From: Candidatus Poribacteria bacterium
GTDB taxonomy: Bacteria > Poribacteria > WGA-4E > PCPOR2b
NCBI GenBank assembly: GCA_965215015.1
Contig: OZ244042.1
Coordinates: 32,001-96,000, forward strand
Length of the DNA: 64,000 nt
Reading direction: 5' to 3'
Part shown: positions 20,145 to 29,620 of the stretch, piece after piece
How positions within the stretch are numbered: the stretch's first letter is position 1
Layout of the letters: each line of letters starts with the position of its first letter
The notes under the pieces: model-generated
Seen by the model: the letters and a program-made list of their open reading frames with translations, nothing else
Told to the model about the DNA's origin: nothing
The model's database searches: none
Position numbers and translations under genes: made by a program

Positions 20145-23100
20145 ATGTTTAAGCATCATTTCATTTCCGATTCGATGGGAATTTGCAAACAACGGCAGCA
20201 CCTCATCACACTTATTAGTCTATTGATGTGCATCGTAGGTTATCAAAATGTATACCCCCAACAACAGATTGCCCAAGATGCCTACGCTATTTTTCAACAG
20301 AGCTGCCTCATCTGCCATGGACCCGACGGTGCCTATCGAGAGACACTCCTAATGGAACACAACTCACTCATCGAAAACGGGACAGTGGTCCCCGGAAACC
20401 CCAATGCCTCCGAACTGTATAACCGGCTCCTGACGACTGAGATAGCCAAACGGATGCCCCTTGGACAACCCCGGCTATCCACTCAAGCGATTGCCACCAT
20501 CCGAAACTGGATATTCGCTGGCGCACCCGATTGGGCGGCAACCCCCGCAGCCGATAGACGCTTTATCTCTCCCGGTGAAATACTCAATACCATCGAGACT
20601 CACGTCATGTCGCTGGCACCGTTTGACCGTGCCTTTGCCCGGTACTTCACAATGACACACCTCTATAACGCAGGTGAGACCACGCGAGCTCTTGACAGCT
20701 ATCGTAACGGCCTCTCGAAACTGGTCAATAGCCTCTCATGGGGGAGTACCGTCACCAACCCCCAACCCATTGACCGACAAGGCACCATCCTCTACATTGA
20801 CCTGCGACACTACGAGTGGGATCGCAATGATGGGTGGGGGCAGATAGAAGCGGCATATCCCTATCACATCGGGTTTGATGCACCGACACAGACCGCGCTA
20901 CGGGCCCAACTGACCCGGTTACAGACGGCGATGAAGTCTGATATACCATCGGTTCATGTCGACTGGTTTATAGCACAAGCCTCTTTACCTCCACTCTACC
21001 ATGATTTACTCTCTCTCCCCTTAACGGATAAAGAGTTAGAGACCCGATTAGAAGTCGATGTTGTCCGTAACCTGCAAAATGCACCGGGGGTGCGTGTCTG
21101 GCGGGCCGGCACCAACAATTCAGGTGTCTCCAATCACAACCGAGTGATAGAACGCCACACCTCTCGCTATGGTGCCTATTGGAAAAGTTACGACTTTGGG
21201 GGGAGTGTGGGTACACAGAACATCTTCACCCATCCCCTGTCATTCACCCATGATGGTGGTGAGGTTATCTTCAACCTACCCAACGGGTTACAGGGATACT
21301 ACCTTGCCAATGGGGCCGGTTTTCGCCTAAATGAGGCACCGATAAACATTGTTTCTAATCCCGCAGCGAGTGATCCGACGGTGCGGAATGGTTTATCCTG
21401 TTTCGGTTGCCACACAGAGGGTATGAAGCCATTTGAGGACCAAGTCCGTTCGGTGATAGCGAATAATACCGCTCCCACTTATGACAAAGCGCAGGCGTTG
21501 CGGCTCTACGTGGCAAAATCAGAGATGAACGCGCTTGTGGGTGAAGATATGAATAGGTACAGGGTTGCCCTTGAAGCGACGGGCGGGGCGTTTGATGACA
21601 TTGAACCCATCTCCCGTTTCCACGAGGCATTTCAGGAGGAGGTAGACACAGCACACGCCGCAGCCGCGGTTGGGTTAGAGCCGGAGGCGTTCTTGGAAAA
21701 GATACGTGAGAATATAGGGCTACAGGATATCGGCTTGCTGGTGTTAGACAGTGAGGCTGGAAGTATGAAACGGGACACCTGGACATCGAGTTTTCGGGAT
21801 ATAGTTTTTGCGTTGGATTTCCCGGAGCGTTTCACCCCTCCCACGGCGATAACCCCGCCGGTAGTGACACCGGGTACGGTTGTGTATATCCCGGACCCAA
21901 ACCTGCGTGCGGCAATAGCGGAGGCACTGGACAAGAGCCCCAATGCTCCGATTACTGCCGAGGAGATGGCAAAGTTGAGCAGGCTCGATGTGCCGCGCAG
22001 GGGCATCCGTGATTTGACAGGGCTGCAGTATGCAACCAATCTGACACGGTTAAATATTAACGACAATCAGGTCTCCGACATCTCACCGCTAGCGGGCTTG
22101 ATCGAACTGCGCGAGCTCCGGATTCACGACAACGACAACCTCTTGTCCGATATATCGCCTGTGAGAGGCTTAACCAATCTCACTTATCTTCAGTTTGACC
22201 GCTCTACAGTCTCTGATATATCTCCCGTGAGAGGCTTAACCAATCTTACTTACCTTGAGTTTGACAACACTTTGGTATCCGATATATCTCCCGTGAGAGG
22301 CTTAACAAATCTCATTACCCTTAAGTTTGGTCACACTTCGGTATCCGATATATCTCCGGTGAGGAACTTAACAAATCTCACTCGCCTTGAGTTTGAGCAC
22401 ACTTTGGTATCTAACCTATTGCCAATTGCGAGATTAATCAATCTGGAGCGGTTACATTTGGGAAGTGATAATATCTCCGACCTGTCGCCGGTTTCAGGAT
22501 TAATCAACCTCAAACACATTAGTGGTGGTTGGGGCAGCTCTATATCCGATTTATCGCCCTTGGCAGGCTTAACAAAACTGGAGCAGATACATATGCACGG
22601 CGGAAAGATATCAGATCTCACGCCTTTAGCAGGCCTAACCGGCTTGAAGGAACTGCATTTTCGGGACAACGACATATCGAATCTCGCCCCCCTCGCAGGG
22701 TTAACACAGCTAACTCGTCTGCAGCTCGCGAACAACAATATATCGGATCTCTCCCCCCTTGCAGGGTTAACCAACTTGAAATGGCTAGTGATCCATGACA
22801 ACGAGATTTCTGACATTTCTCCGCTGCAGGGACTCCGCGAGAATATAACGACGTTCGTTTGGCATGACAACCCGGGATTCCCAAAAGTGGGACCGTCAAT
22901 CGAGGGGCCGTGGTTATGGGTTGTATTACCGGAAACAAGACCGAGTAGCAGTAAGGATTTACTGTCAGAAGTGAGCGGGGGGGCGGTAACAGAGACGGAG
23001 ATTGCTACCCATGGGGCAACCGTGGGAAGTTCTGTAGGTGATGATGTATGGACCTACCGCACACTCCCGCCTACGGGCTGGGCTAATGTTCGCCAAATGC

Positions 23101-24416
23101 TTGACGGCCACATCGATGGTGCCAGCCTCTACGGCACGGTGTCCTTGCATTCACCACGACAACAGGACACAACACTATACGTTGGCAGTCATAACGATTT
23201 TAAGGTCTGGCTCAACGGGACTTTGATTTACGAGTCTCTCCGTTACCATGCGAGTTTCGGTTACACGGATTCTCTGCCGGTCACGCTGAAGCAGGGAAGA
23301 AATGTGCTATTGGTAGCCGTTAGAGCCCAGTATAATGCCTTTTTTGGGTTTGAACCCGGCACCGAATATACTGTGGCGAACCCCGGTGTCGGATACACTT
23401 TTTCCAAGACACCCATTCATATAGGCGATACCTTTACCCTTAATCTTCGCGCCGAAACGGTCTCCGACTTGGCAGGCTGGCAGTTCGATATTGCCTTTGA
23501 CCCGGCTGCCCTCGAAGCCATTGACGTCAGCGAAGGCAATTTCCTGAAGGCAGATGGGGGCTCCACCTTCTTTCAGGGTAGGAGCATCGATAACGCGACA
23601 GGTAAAATCTCAGGACTCAGTGCGGCGCGATTGGCTGCCCAAGGTGTAAATGGCACCGGCACCCTGCTGCAGGTCAGGTTCAGGGCGAAATCTGCCGGTG
23701 AAACAGAGTTGGTGCTGCAAAACTTTCAGTTTGGCTCCATCACCGGCGATACTATCCCTGCAGGACCGCGTCAAATTCGCATCGCTGTCGAGGGACGCCT
23801 GGCGACCGGGGACGTGAATCGAGATGGTGTGGTCAGCATTTTGGATCTCATTCTCGTCGCACAGCAGTTGGGGAAAAAGGTGGCCCCCAACTCACCGGTA
23901 GATGTCAACCGAGATGGTGTTGTCAGCATCCTTGACCTTATCGGCATCGCGCAGGGGATCGGGAACACCACAGCACCTGCCGCCCCGGCACCCTCCTCAC
24001 TGGAGGTAAATCCTGAGACCATAGCGGCATGGATTGCACAGGCACAGGTGGCAGATGACGGTTCCCTTGCCTTCAAACAGGGTATCGCAAATCTCCAAAA
24101 CCTGTTAGCCGCGTTGATTCCTGAAGAGACTGCGTTGTTGGCAAACTATCCGAATCCGTTTAACCCGGAGACGTGGATACCGTATCAGTTGGCAACCCCT
24201 GCGGAAGTTACATTGACCATCTATGATAGGAACGGGGAGGTCGTTCGCCGGTTAGCCGTGGGACATCGAGGCGCGGGTATGTATCAGAGTCAAAACCGTG
24301 CGCTATATTGGGACGGACGGAATCAGCTGGGTGAACCTGTCGCCAGTGGCCTCTATTTTTACACACTGACAGCAGGCACATTCACGGGGACGCGGCGGAT
24401 GTTGATACTCAAATAA
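20145..24416 (+). CDS. Large secreted multidomain protein: two c-type heme motifs, internalin-like LRRs, PA14-like region, cohesin, dockerin and C-terminal FlgD/T9SS-like domain
   Basis: CLICH (with VVPGNPNASELY, RMP; planctomycete cytochrome c-like) and CFGCH; IPDPNLRAAI LRR cap and about 13 22-aa LRRs; LAGWQFDIAFDP cohesin; two DVNRDGVVSILDL dockerin repeats; NYPNPFNPETWIPYQL. Confidence 0.85.
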   Translation: MFKHHFISDSMGICKQRQHLITLISLLMCIVGYQNVYPQQQIAQDAYAIFQQSCLICHGPDGAYRETLLMEHNSLIENGTVVPGNPNASELYNRLLTTEIAKRMPLGQPRLSTQAIATIRNWIFAGAPDWAATPAADRRFISPGEILNTIETHVMSLAPFDRAFARYFTMTHLYNAGETTRALDSYRNGLSKLVNSLSWGSTVTNPQPIDRQGTILYIDLRHYEWDRNDGWGQIEAAYPYHIGFDAPTQTALRAQLTRLQTAMKSDIPSVHVDWFIAQASLPPLYHDLLSLPLTDKELETRLEVDVVRNLQNAPGVRVWRAGTNNSGVSNHNRVIERHTSRYGAYWKSYDFGGSVGTQNIFTHPLSFTHDGGEVIFNLPNGLQGYYLANGAGFRLNEAPINIVSNPAASDPTVRNGLSCFGCHTEGMKPFEDQVRSVIANNTAPTYDKAQALRLYVAKSEMNALVGEDMNRYRVALEATGGAFDDIEPISRFHEAFQEEVDTAHAAAAVGLEPEAFLEKIRENIGLQDIGLLVLDSEAGSMKRDTWTSSFRDIVFALDFPERFTPPTAITPPVVTPGTVVYIPDPNLRAAIAEALDKSPNAPITAEEMAKLSRLDVPRRGIRDLTGLQYATNLTRLNINDNQVSDISPLAGLIELRELRIHDNDNLLSDISPVRGLTNLTYLQFDRSTVSDISPVRGLTNLTYLEFDNTLVSDISPVRGLTNLITLKFGHTSVSDISPVRNLTNLTRLEFEHTLVSNLLPIARLINLERLHLGSDNISDLSPVSGLINLKHISGGWGSSISDLSPLAGLTKLEQIHMHGGKISDLTPLAGLTGLKELHFRDNDISNLAPLAGLTQLTRLQLANNNISDLSPLAGLTNLKWLVIHDNEISDISPLQGLRENITTFVWHDNPGFPKVGPSIEGPWLWVVLPETRPSSSKDLLSEVSGGAVTETEIATHGATVGSSVGDDVWTYRTLPPTGWANVRQMLDGHIDGASLYGTVSLHSPRQQDTTLYVGSHNDFKVWLNGTLIYESLRYHASFGYTDSLPVTLKQGRNVLLVAVRAQYNAFFGFEPGTEYTVANPGVGYTFSKTPIHIGDTFTLNLRAETVSDLAGWQFDIAFDPAALEAIDVSEGNFLKADGGSTFFQGRSIDNATGKISGLSAARLAAQGVNGTGTLLQVRFRAKSAGETELVLQNFQFGSITGDTIPAGPRQIRIAVEGRLATGDVNRDGVVSILDLILVAQQLGKKVAPNSPVDVNRDGVVSILDLIGIAQGIGNTTAPAAPAPSSLEVNPETIAAWIAQAQVADDGSLAFKQGIANLQNLLAALIPEETALLANYPNPFNPETWIPYQLATPAEVTLTIYDRNGEVVRRLAVGHRGAGMYQSQNRALYWDGRNQLGEPVASGLYFYTLTAGTFTGTRRMLILK

Positions 24417-24504
24417 ACCAGATGGGCTTGTTTCACTTTAGCCATACGGAAATTGCTGTGGAACTATTGTATGTAGGTCGATTTGCCAAAATCGACAATC
24501 CCTA

Positions 24505-24935
24505 TCGGGGATTCACGGTTTCATCGGAAGAAGAACCAAGAAACGAAACAGCAACCTTCCCTGACGAAAGGAAAGACGGGAAGCCAGTTCTCTCGCTTTC
24601 TTTTTTTCCGCTCCCCTTCCCCCTGCTTGCGGGGGGACTGAGGGGGGTCCGTCTTATAGAATACCAGAACCCAATGAGTGGATAGGAGCTTTTCTCTGAA
24701 TTTAACGCAAAATCGCCCCCCCGCAAGGAGGAGGGGGCACCAGTCCCGATGCTGTTGCCCTCTAAAGGGAATGCTTACCGCATCGGGGATTCACGGTTTC
24801 ATCGGGAGAAGACCCAAGAAACGAAACCGGAACCTGCCCTGACGAAAGGAAAGACGGGAAGCCGGTTCCCTCGTTTTCTTTTTTTTCGTTCCCCTTCCCC
24901 CTGCTTGCGGGGGGACTGAGGGGGGTCCGTCTTTA
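24505..24935 (+). repeat. Two direct copies (about 280-bp period) of the dispersed composite intergenic repeat
   Basis: GGGATTCACGGTTTCATCGG..AGAAG..CCAAGAAACGAAAC...CCCCCTGCTTGCGGGGGGACTGAGGGGGGTCCGTCTT near 24507 and 24786. Confidence 0.8.
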
Positions 24936-25022
24936 TTTCTGTTGGTCGTCGTGCTATAATGAAAGTATTGAAATTTGGTTTCTAAACCGATTTGATGCCC
25001 CAAACGCAGAAAGGGAATTAGA

Positions 25023-25430
25023 ATGGCTATCTTTTTACACACGCGCGTTAGAGTGAGCAATCTCGATCAATCAATCAAATGGTATTGCGACCACTTAGGT
25101 TTTGTTGTAAAAAGTCGAAGCGATAAATCTCCAGCAGGCAACCAGATCGTCCATCTGGAACTTCCGGGTAACGTACCGACGCTGGAGTTGACCTATTCGC
25201 CCGACTATAAACTAAATGTTCCAGAAGATCTGATGCACTTTGCTATCAGTGTGCCGAATCTCGTTGACTGTTGTGACACATTGGAGAAGGCGGGACTTGA
25301 AATTTGGCCCGATGGCTGGCGAGAACAGTTCACATCGGGAGGCATGAAGATGGCATTCATCACCGATCCAGACGGTTACGAAGTTGAACTGCTGGAAGAT
25401 ATCGATGAGATTCTGGCAGAGTTGGAATAG
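25023..25430 (+). CDS. VOC/glyoxalase family protein (lactoylglutathione lyase-like)
   Basis: FLHTRVRVSNLDQS, LELTY, HFA, FITDPDGYEVEL. Extended -10 TGCTATAAT at 24952. Confidence 0.85.
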   Translation: MAIFLHTRVRVSNLDQSIKWYCDHLGFVVKSRSDKSPAGNQIVHLELPGNVPTLELTYSPDYKLNVPEDLMHFAISVPNLVDCCDTLEKAGLEIWPDGWREQFTSGGMKMAFITDPDGYEVELLEDIDEILAELE

Positions 25431-25535
25431 CTAAACGCACCCAAAAAGCTGGAATCTGTCCGCCCGACCATTCCTATTGAACCTTTGGTGATAGTTGGTG
25501 AGGGTGTCGTTATCGTTCAAGAGTTCATTAGTACA

Positions 25536-25690
25536 TAGGAGTTACGCACCTGAGTTTGTGGTAACGCCATTCAACCCACGTCTTTAAGGGTTACGGTATA
25601 CAGAGTATACCGTAACCCTCCTGCCCCCGCTGAGCCCCCTAACCCCCAACCCCCCGCAAGCGGGGGAAGGGGGGATAATGAACCAATGAG
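25536..25690. repeat. Partial copy of the TAGGAGTTACGCA-ended MITE-like element
   Basis: TAGGAGTTACGCAC...CCATTCAACCCACGTCTTTAAGGG, then a hairpin and a CCCCCGCAAGCGGGGG palindrome; no right end seen. Confidence 0.65.
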
Positions 25691-25727
25691 CAAATGGTTT
25701 TCCCGTTTCACCTGGTTATTGAGGCCT

Positions 25728-27035
25728 CTACTCCTCCTGATAGACCTCCTTGAGTTGTGTGGTGGTGATAAACCCCAGCAATCCCATCCCGATGGCAACG
25801 GCGAACATTCCTGCATAGTTTACAAGTCCGATGAGTTGCCCCGCGAGCATTGGCATAAAGCTGAACGGAAAGAGGATTGTGTTTATAAAACCGACATAGC
25901 TTGGACGATTCAAGCTTGGTGCAATATTTAGCAGATACGCCATGAACCCTATCGACGAACCGCTCATTGATGCGCCGTTGAAGACAAACGTCAGAAAATA
26001 GCACGGCACCTGCCACGCCGTCGGCAAGTATTTCACCAAAATCGCAACCAACGGTGATGCACATCCCAATGCCGAGGTGCAACTGAGGATGTATCGCACA
26101 CCATATCTCTCCCCTAGGTAACCCCACAGTGCATTTGACATGACACCGCTGATGGAGACAACGGCGAGAAACGTTCCAATCGTTGCGTCCGGCACTTCCA
26201 ATTTGAGCAAGGCGTAAGGGACATAAAAAGGGGTGCACATCCCGGCGACGGTGGTACACATTCGATAGTAAAAGAACCAGCGATAATTCCGATCTGTCTG
26301 AAAGAAGTGTGGTCCCTGCTTCAGGTGCTGTCCAAGCGGTTGACGCGCACTTTGGACGGGACGGATGGGCTCGCGGAGCTGCAGAAAAGTCGTAAGCGAC
26401 AACGCAATAGCTACCCCCGCGCACCCGAAAAGGAGCGCATAATTCGTTGGGAATACCAATCCGGATTCAGGGTTTAAGATATATCGGATAAAGAAAAAAC
26501 CGATGAACACACCGAAGAACCCACCCATCAACTGGCGCAAACTGAAATATCGGGATCGCCGCTGCGGTTCAATGGATTTGGAAATAATATCCATATACGG
26601 AAGCGTGGAAACCCCCATCGCCGAAGATCTGATGAAATAACAGCAGAGAAAGCACGCGGCAAGTAACCCGTTGTTTCCAGAACCGACCAAAAGGGTGCAG
26701 ACGACCATTGTGATCCATGCGAGCAGTCGAAAGCTCATACCGAGGACATAGAAGGGCATCTTGCGTGGACGGTGTTCTAGCAGATTCGAGATCAGGAGTT
26801 GGGGCCACATCCAACCGGCTCGCGTCATCGAACCGGTCAAACCGACAAGCGTGTTTGAGGAAGTGAGTTTTAAAATAAAGGCAGGGAGAACCGTTGTTGA
26901 GTCTGCAAACGCAAAAGAAATTCGTATGAATGTGCCTTGAAGCACAGCAATCCAAAAATTACGGTTCTGTTCCCGTTCCCTGTCTGTTTCCTGTTGATGC
27001 TCGGACTCCGATGTGTTCGTCAGGGCAGCTTTCAT
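25728..27035 (-). CDS. MFS transporter
   Basis: About 12 hydrophobic segments; WGYLGERYG motif A-like loop. Confidence 0.85.
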   Translation of the reverse strand: MKAALTNTSESEHQQETDREREQNRNFWIAVLQGTFIRISFAFADSTTVLPAFILKLTSSNTLVGLTGSMTRAGWMWPQLLISNLLEHRPRKMPFYVLGMSFRLLAWITMVVCTLLVGSGNNGLLAACFLCCYFIRSSAMGVSTLPYMDIISKSIEPQRRSRYFSLRQLMGGFFGVFIGFFFIRYILNPESGLVFPTNYALLFGCAGVAIALSLTTFLQLREPIRPVQSARQPLGQHLKQGPHFFQTDRNYRWFFYYRMCTTVAGMCTPFYVPYALLKLEVPDATIGTFLAVVSISGVMSNALWGYLGERYGVRYILSCTSALGCASPLVAILVKYLPTAWQVPCYFLTFVFNGASMSGSSIGFMAYLLNIAPSLNRPSYVGFINTILFPFSFMPMLAGQLIGLVNYAGMFAVAIGMGLLGFITTTQLKEVYQEE

Positions 27036-27191
27036 AGTCAGTTTCGTTTTCCCTCTACACCTCTATCGAACCTTGCTGACAAGACTCCATGCCTTTAGGC
27101 TAGGGACAGCTGGTTAGGTATCACCTAACATTATAGTCAGTCGAAGTGCGTTGATATATAAAAACTGGTGAATTTATAAGTAAAATAGAGT

Positions 27192-27745
27192 TAGGAGCTC
27201 CACACTTGAGTTTGTAGTAACGCCATTCGACCCACGTCTTTAAGGGAGTCAGCATACAGAGTATGCCATCCCCCCCTTCCCCCGCTAAATACCCTGTGGG
27301 TTGTCCGTCAGTTCCTGGCTCATTGAGTCTACCCCCCTCAATCCCCCCGAAAGCAGGGGGAGACAGAACCACCCCCCTCAATCCCCCCGCAAGCAGGGGG
27401 AACGTATCGGTAGTTGGCACCTCTTTGCCCCTCCCCGCTTGCGGGGAGCTCTGTTCCGCCACGCTTACGGCCTCTTCCCCTCCCTGCTTGCGGGGAGGGG
27501 CTAGGGGTGGGGTTCTTAGGGGGACACCCCACCGGGTTGCGGCCCCGCTTGCGCCCTTCCCCCTGCTAAACACCCTGTAGGTTGTCCGTCAGTTCCTGGC
27601 TCATTGAGTCTACCCCCCTCAATCCCCCCGAAAGCAGGGCGAAGAGATACCGTATCGGTATTTGGCACTTCTTTTCCCATCACCCCTTGCAGCCTCTTCC
27701 CCTCCCTGCTCGCGGGGAGGGGCTAGGGGTGGGGTTCTTGCGGTT
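27192..27745. repeat. Composite repeat cluster: MITE-like left end, two direct repeats 281 bp apart and several GC palindromes
   Basis: TAGGAGCTCCACAC left end; GTTGTCCGTCAGTTCCTGGCTCATTGAGTCTACCCCCCTCAATCCCCCCGAAAGCAGGG at 27300 and 27581. Confidence 0.75.
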
Positions 27746-27805
27746 TATGAATCTCGACTTACAGCGTTTGCAGAATCGGCGACAGTAAAATGCCAACACG
27801 GCATA

Positions 27806-28894
27806 TCAAGTCCGGGGGCTATACCTAGGTTGTCGAGGGGCACGGTCTCGCAGGAGCCGAATCGGACGCCCCTGCAGCGGCAATTCGACCCGTGCCCCAC
27901 CACAAAGATGTGATTCGATGGTTGCAAAGATTAGCTCTGTGCCAGCGTGTGCAACCCGCACCCCGCCGCGTGGTGGCTCGCCGGTGTCAAGTGAATGGAC
28001 GAGATCTTCCACGAGTCGTAGGTTGGGACTGGCTGGTTCGTAGTCGGGAAACGCTGCGTCCACAACCGTCGGCTGCCCCCGGTAACCCGGTGGCCCCTCT
28101 GCTCGCATTCGATACACGCTGTTGGGCAAGGCGGTCAAACTCCCTTTTTCACAGTTGACTTCCCACTCAATTTCACGGCTAGGGGTTACAGCATACGCTG
28201 TCATGTTGTTCTCAAAATGAATAACCCCGTGCCCAACCGGGTCCTCGGTCAATCGGTCCCCGTCAACCTGCCAATTGCCCTCCCTCAGATGCGCTTGCAC
28301 CCAAACTGCACGGCGGTCACTATTTAGGAACAACAGGTTATCATAGTAATGACTGGCTCCATTAAACAGCGTGCTACCGTTGAAGATAATCGTCTTTGGG
28401 GCACCAAGTTTGCCGCTGTCGATGATTTCCTTCATTTTAGTGAAGCCGGGATGCCACCGCCGTTGGGTGCCGAGGTTAAAGAAGACACCGTTCCGCTCGC
28501 AGGTTTCAACCATTGCATCAGCTTCTGCCATTGACGCTGCCATCGCCTTCTCAGCATAGATTGCTTTGGCACTGTGCTCGGCGGCATAGATGACGATTTC
28601 AGCACGATGCTCCGGCTGTGTAGCGACACTGACAATGTCGGGCCGCTCTTTGTCAATCAATTCTTTGTAGTTGGTGTACTGTTTTTCTTTTGGGATATTA
28701 TACTGCACTCCAACTTCAGCCATGACCTCTGGACGGAGGTCTGAGCACGCAATCAGGTCTGTTCTATCGCAGGCGGTAAATACTGCCGTGTGCGAATAGG
28801 GAGGCACATGCCCTGGTGCCCCAACAACCTCATTGTCGATGAACGCTCCCATGCGGCTGCATCCGATAACCGCTGCTCGATATGTCTTCAACAT
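27806..28894 (-). CDS. Gfo/Idh/MocA family oxidoreductase
   Basis: AAVIGCSRMG, PDIVSVAT, AEKAM; GGGAGG RBS before 28894. Confidence 0.85.
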   Translation of the reverse strand: MLKTYRAAVIGCSRMGAFIDNEVVGAPGHVPPYSHTAVFTACDRTDLIACSDLRPEVMAEVGVQYNIPKEKQYTNYKELIDKERPDIVSVATQPEHRAEIVIYAAEHSAKAIYAEKAMAASMAEADAMVETCERNGVFFNLGTQRRWHPGFTKMKEIIDSGKLGAPKTIIFNGSTLFNGASHYYDNLLFLNSDRRAVWVQAHLREGNWQVDGDRLTEDPVGHGVIHFENNMTAYAVTPSREIEWEVNCEKGSLTALPNSVYRMRAEGPPGYRGQPTVVDAAFPDYEPASPNLRLVEDLVHSLDTGEPPRGGVRVAHAGTELIFATIESHLCGGARVELPLQGRPIRLLRDRAPRQPRYSPRT

Positions 28895-29166
28895 CAATTC
28901 CTCCCGATACACGAAACATATAACAACTCAAGTTGCCCCCTAAAGCCCCAGCAGAGCGACAGGTGTCAACTTGCCTACCCTTCTGAAGTTCCCACGTACG
29001 ATCTATTTTTACCTTAGCATAAAATGACTAATCTGTCCAAATATTTATGTATAAGTCTTGGTTGCGGAAAGATCAATTTAGTAAAATATTAGATATCGCC
29101 CCTGTGCAACCTGTGATTCTCTTCGTGCTTGCCTTCCTGATGTTCCGACACTCCCGTAAAAAAAAG

Positions 29167-29226
29167 TTGACAACTCCTAAAATATGGGTTATCATGTACT
29201 GATTAAGAATTTAGGAGTGCCTAAAT
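29167..29226 (+). promoter_or_regulatory. Sigma70 promoter plus DtxR/MntR-type operator
   Basis: TTGACA(29167)-17 bp-TATCAT(29190). Perfect inverted repeat ATTTAGG-AGTG-CCTAAAT at 29209-29226 matches the TTAGG-N4-CCTAA core of SirR/MntR-type boxes. Confidence 0.75.
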
Positions 29227-29247
29227 CTAATTTTTGGATGGTCAAGA

Positions 29248-29611
29248 ATCAATAACCCCGTCCTAAAGGTCAGAGCTTGTACGAAGCGAATGCCACCCGC
29301 CGCTCCACAAGCTAAACCGTTGACTACACAGATGGTAACTTAGCTGTCTCTGCGTGGTAGCAGTCACCAGATGATACGGATGCCTCCTTATGGAGAATTA
29401 CTGATGTTCGTCCCAGTTGTAAACAAAAAATCAAAAACTGTTGATGCCTACCAAGCCCGCCCGTGCCCGGCGGTGGATTAAACAGGGCACAGTCAATCCC
29501 TTCTTTAACAAAGGTGTGTTCTGTGTTCTATTAAATATTGAGCCATCTGATAGCCAACTTGACGATAAGGAGCGCAGTTGCCTCCACACCATAGAAAGAT
29601 GGGGAACTGCG
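29248..29611 (+). mobile_element. Internally deleted IscB-type (IS200/IS605) element: omegaRNA/HEARO-like 5' part, PLMP/RRXRR N-terminal remnant and right-end hairpin
   Basis: 5' part ATCAATAACCCCGTCCTAAAGGTCAGAGCTTG...CAAGCT...GTTGACTA...GGATGCCTCC; peptide MFVPVVNK/QKLLMPTKPARARRWIKQG...FNKGVFCVLLNIEPS; 3' stem CGCAGTT(29573)...AACTGCG(29611). Confidence 0.7.
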
Positions 29612-29620
29612 AAGATCTTG

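Noticed and set aside
27121-27913. Several Pro/Gly-rich ORFs (PLNPPASRG-type)
   Set aside because: They are translations of GC-palindrome repeats. The same peptides appear at 12.6, 24.6 and 42.8 kb.
29441-29620. N-terminal 60 aa of the listed 282-aa ORF as native MntR sequence
   Set aside because: It resembles an IscB N-terminal remnant plus the element end. DtxR-family similarity starts at MITHAMEDY (29621).
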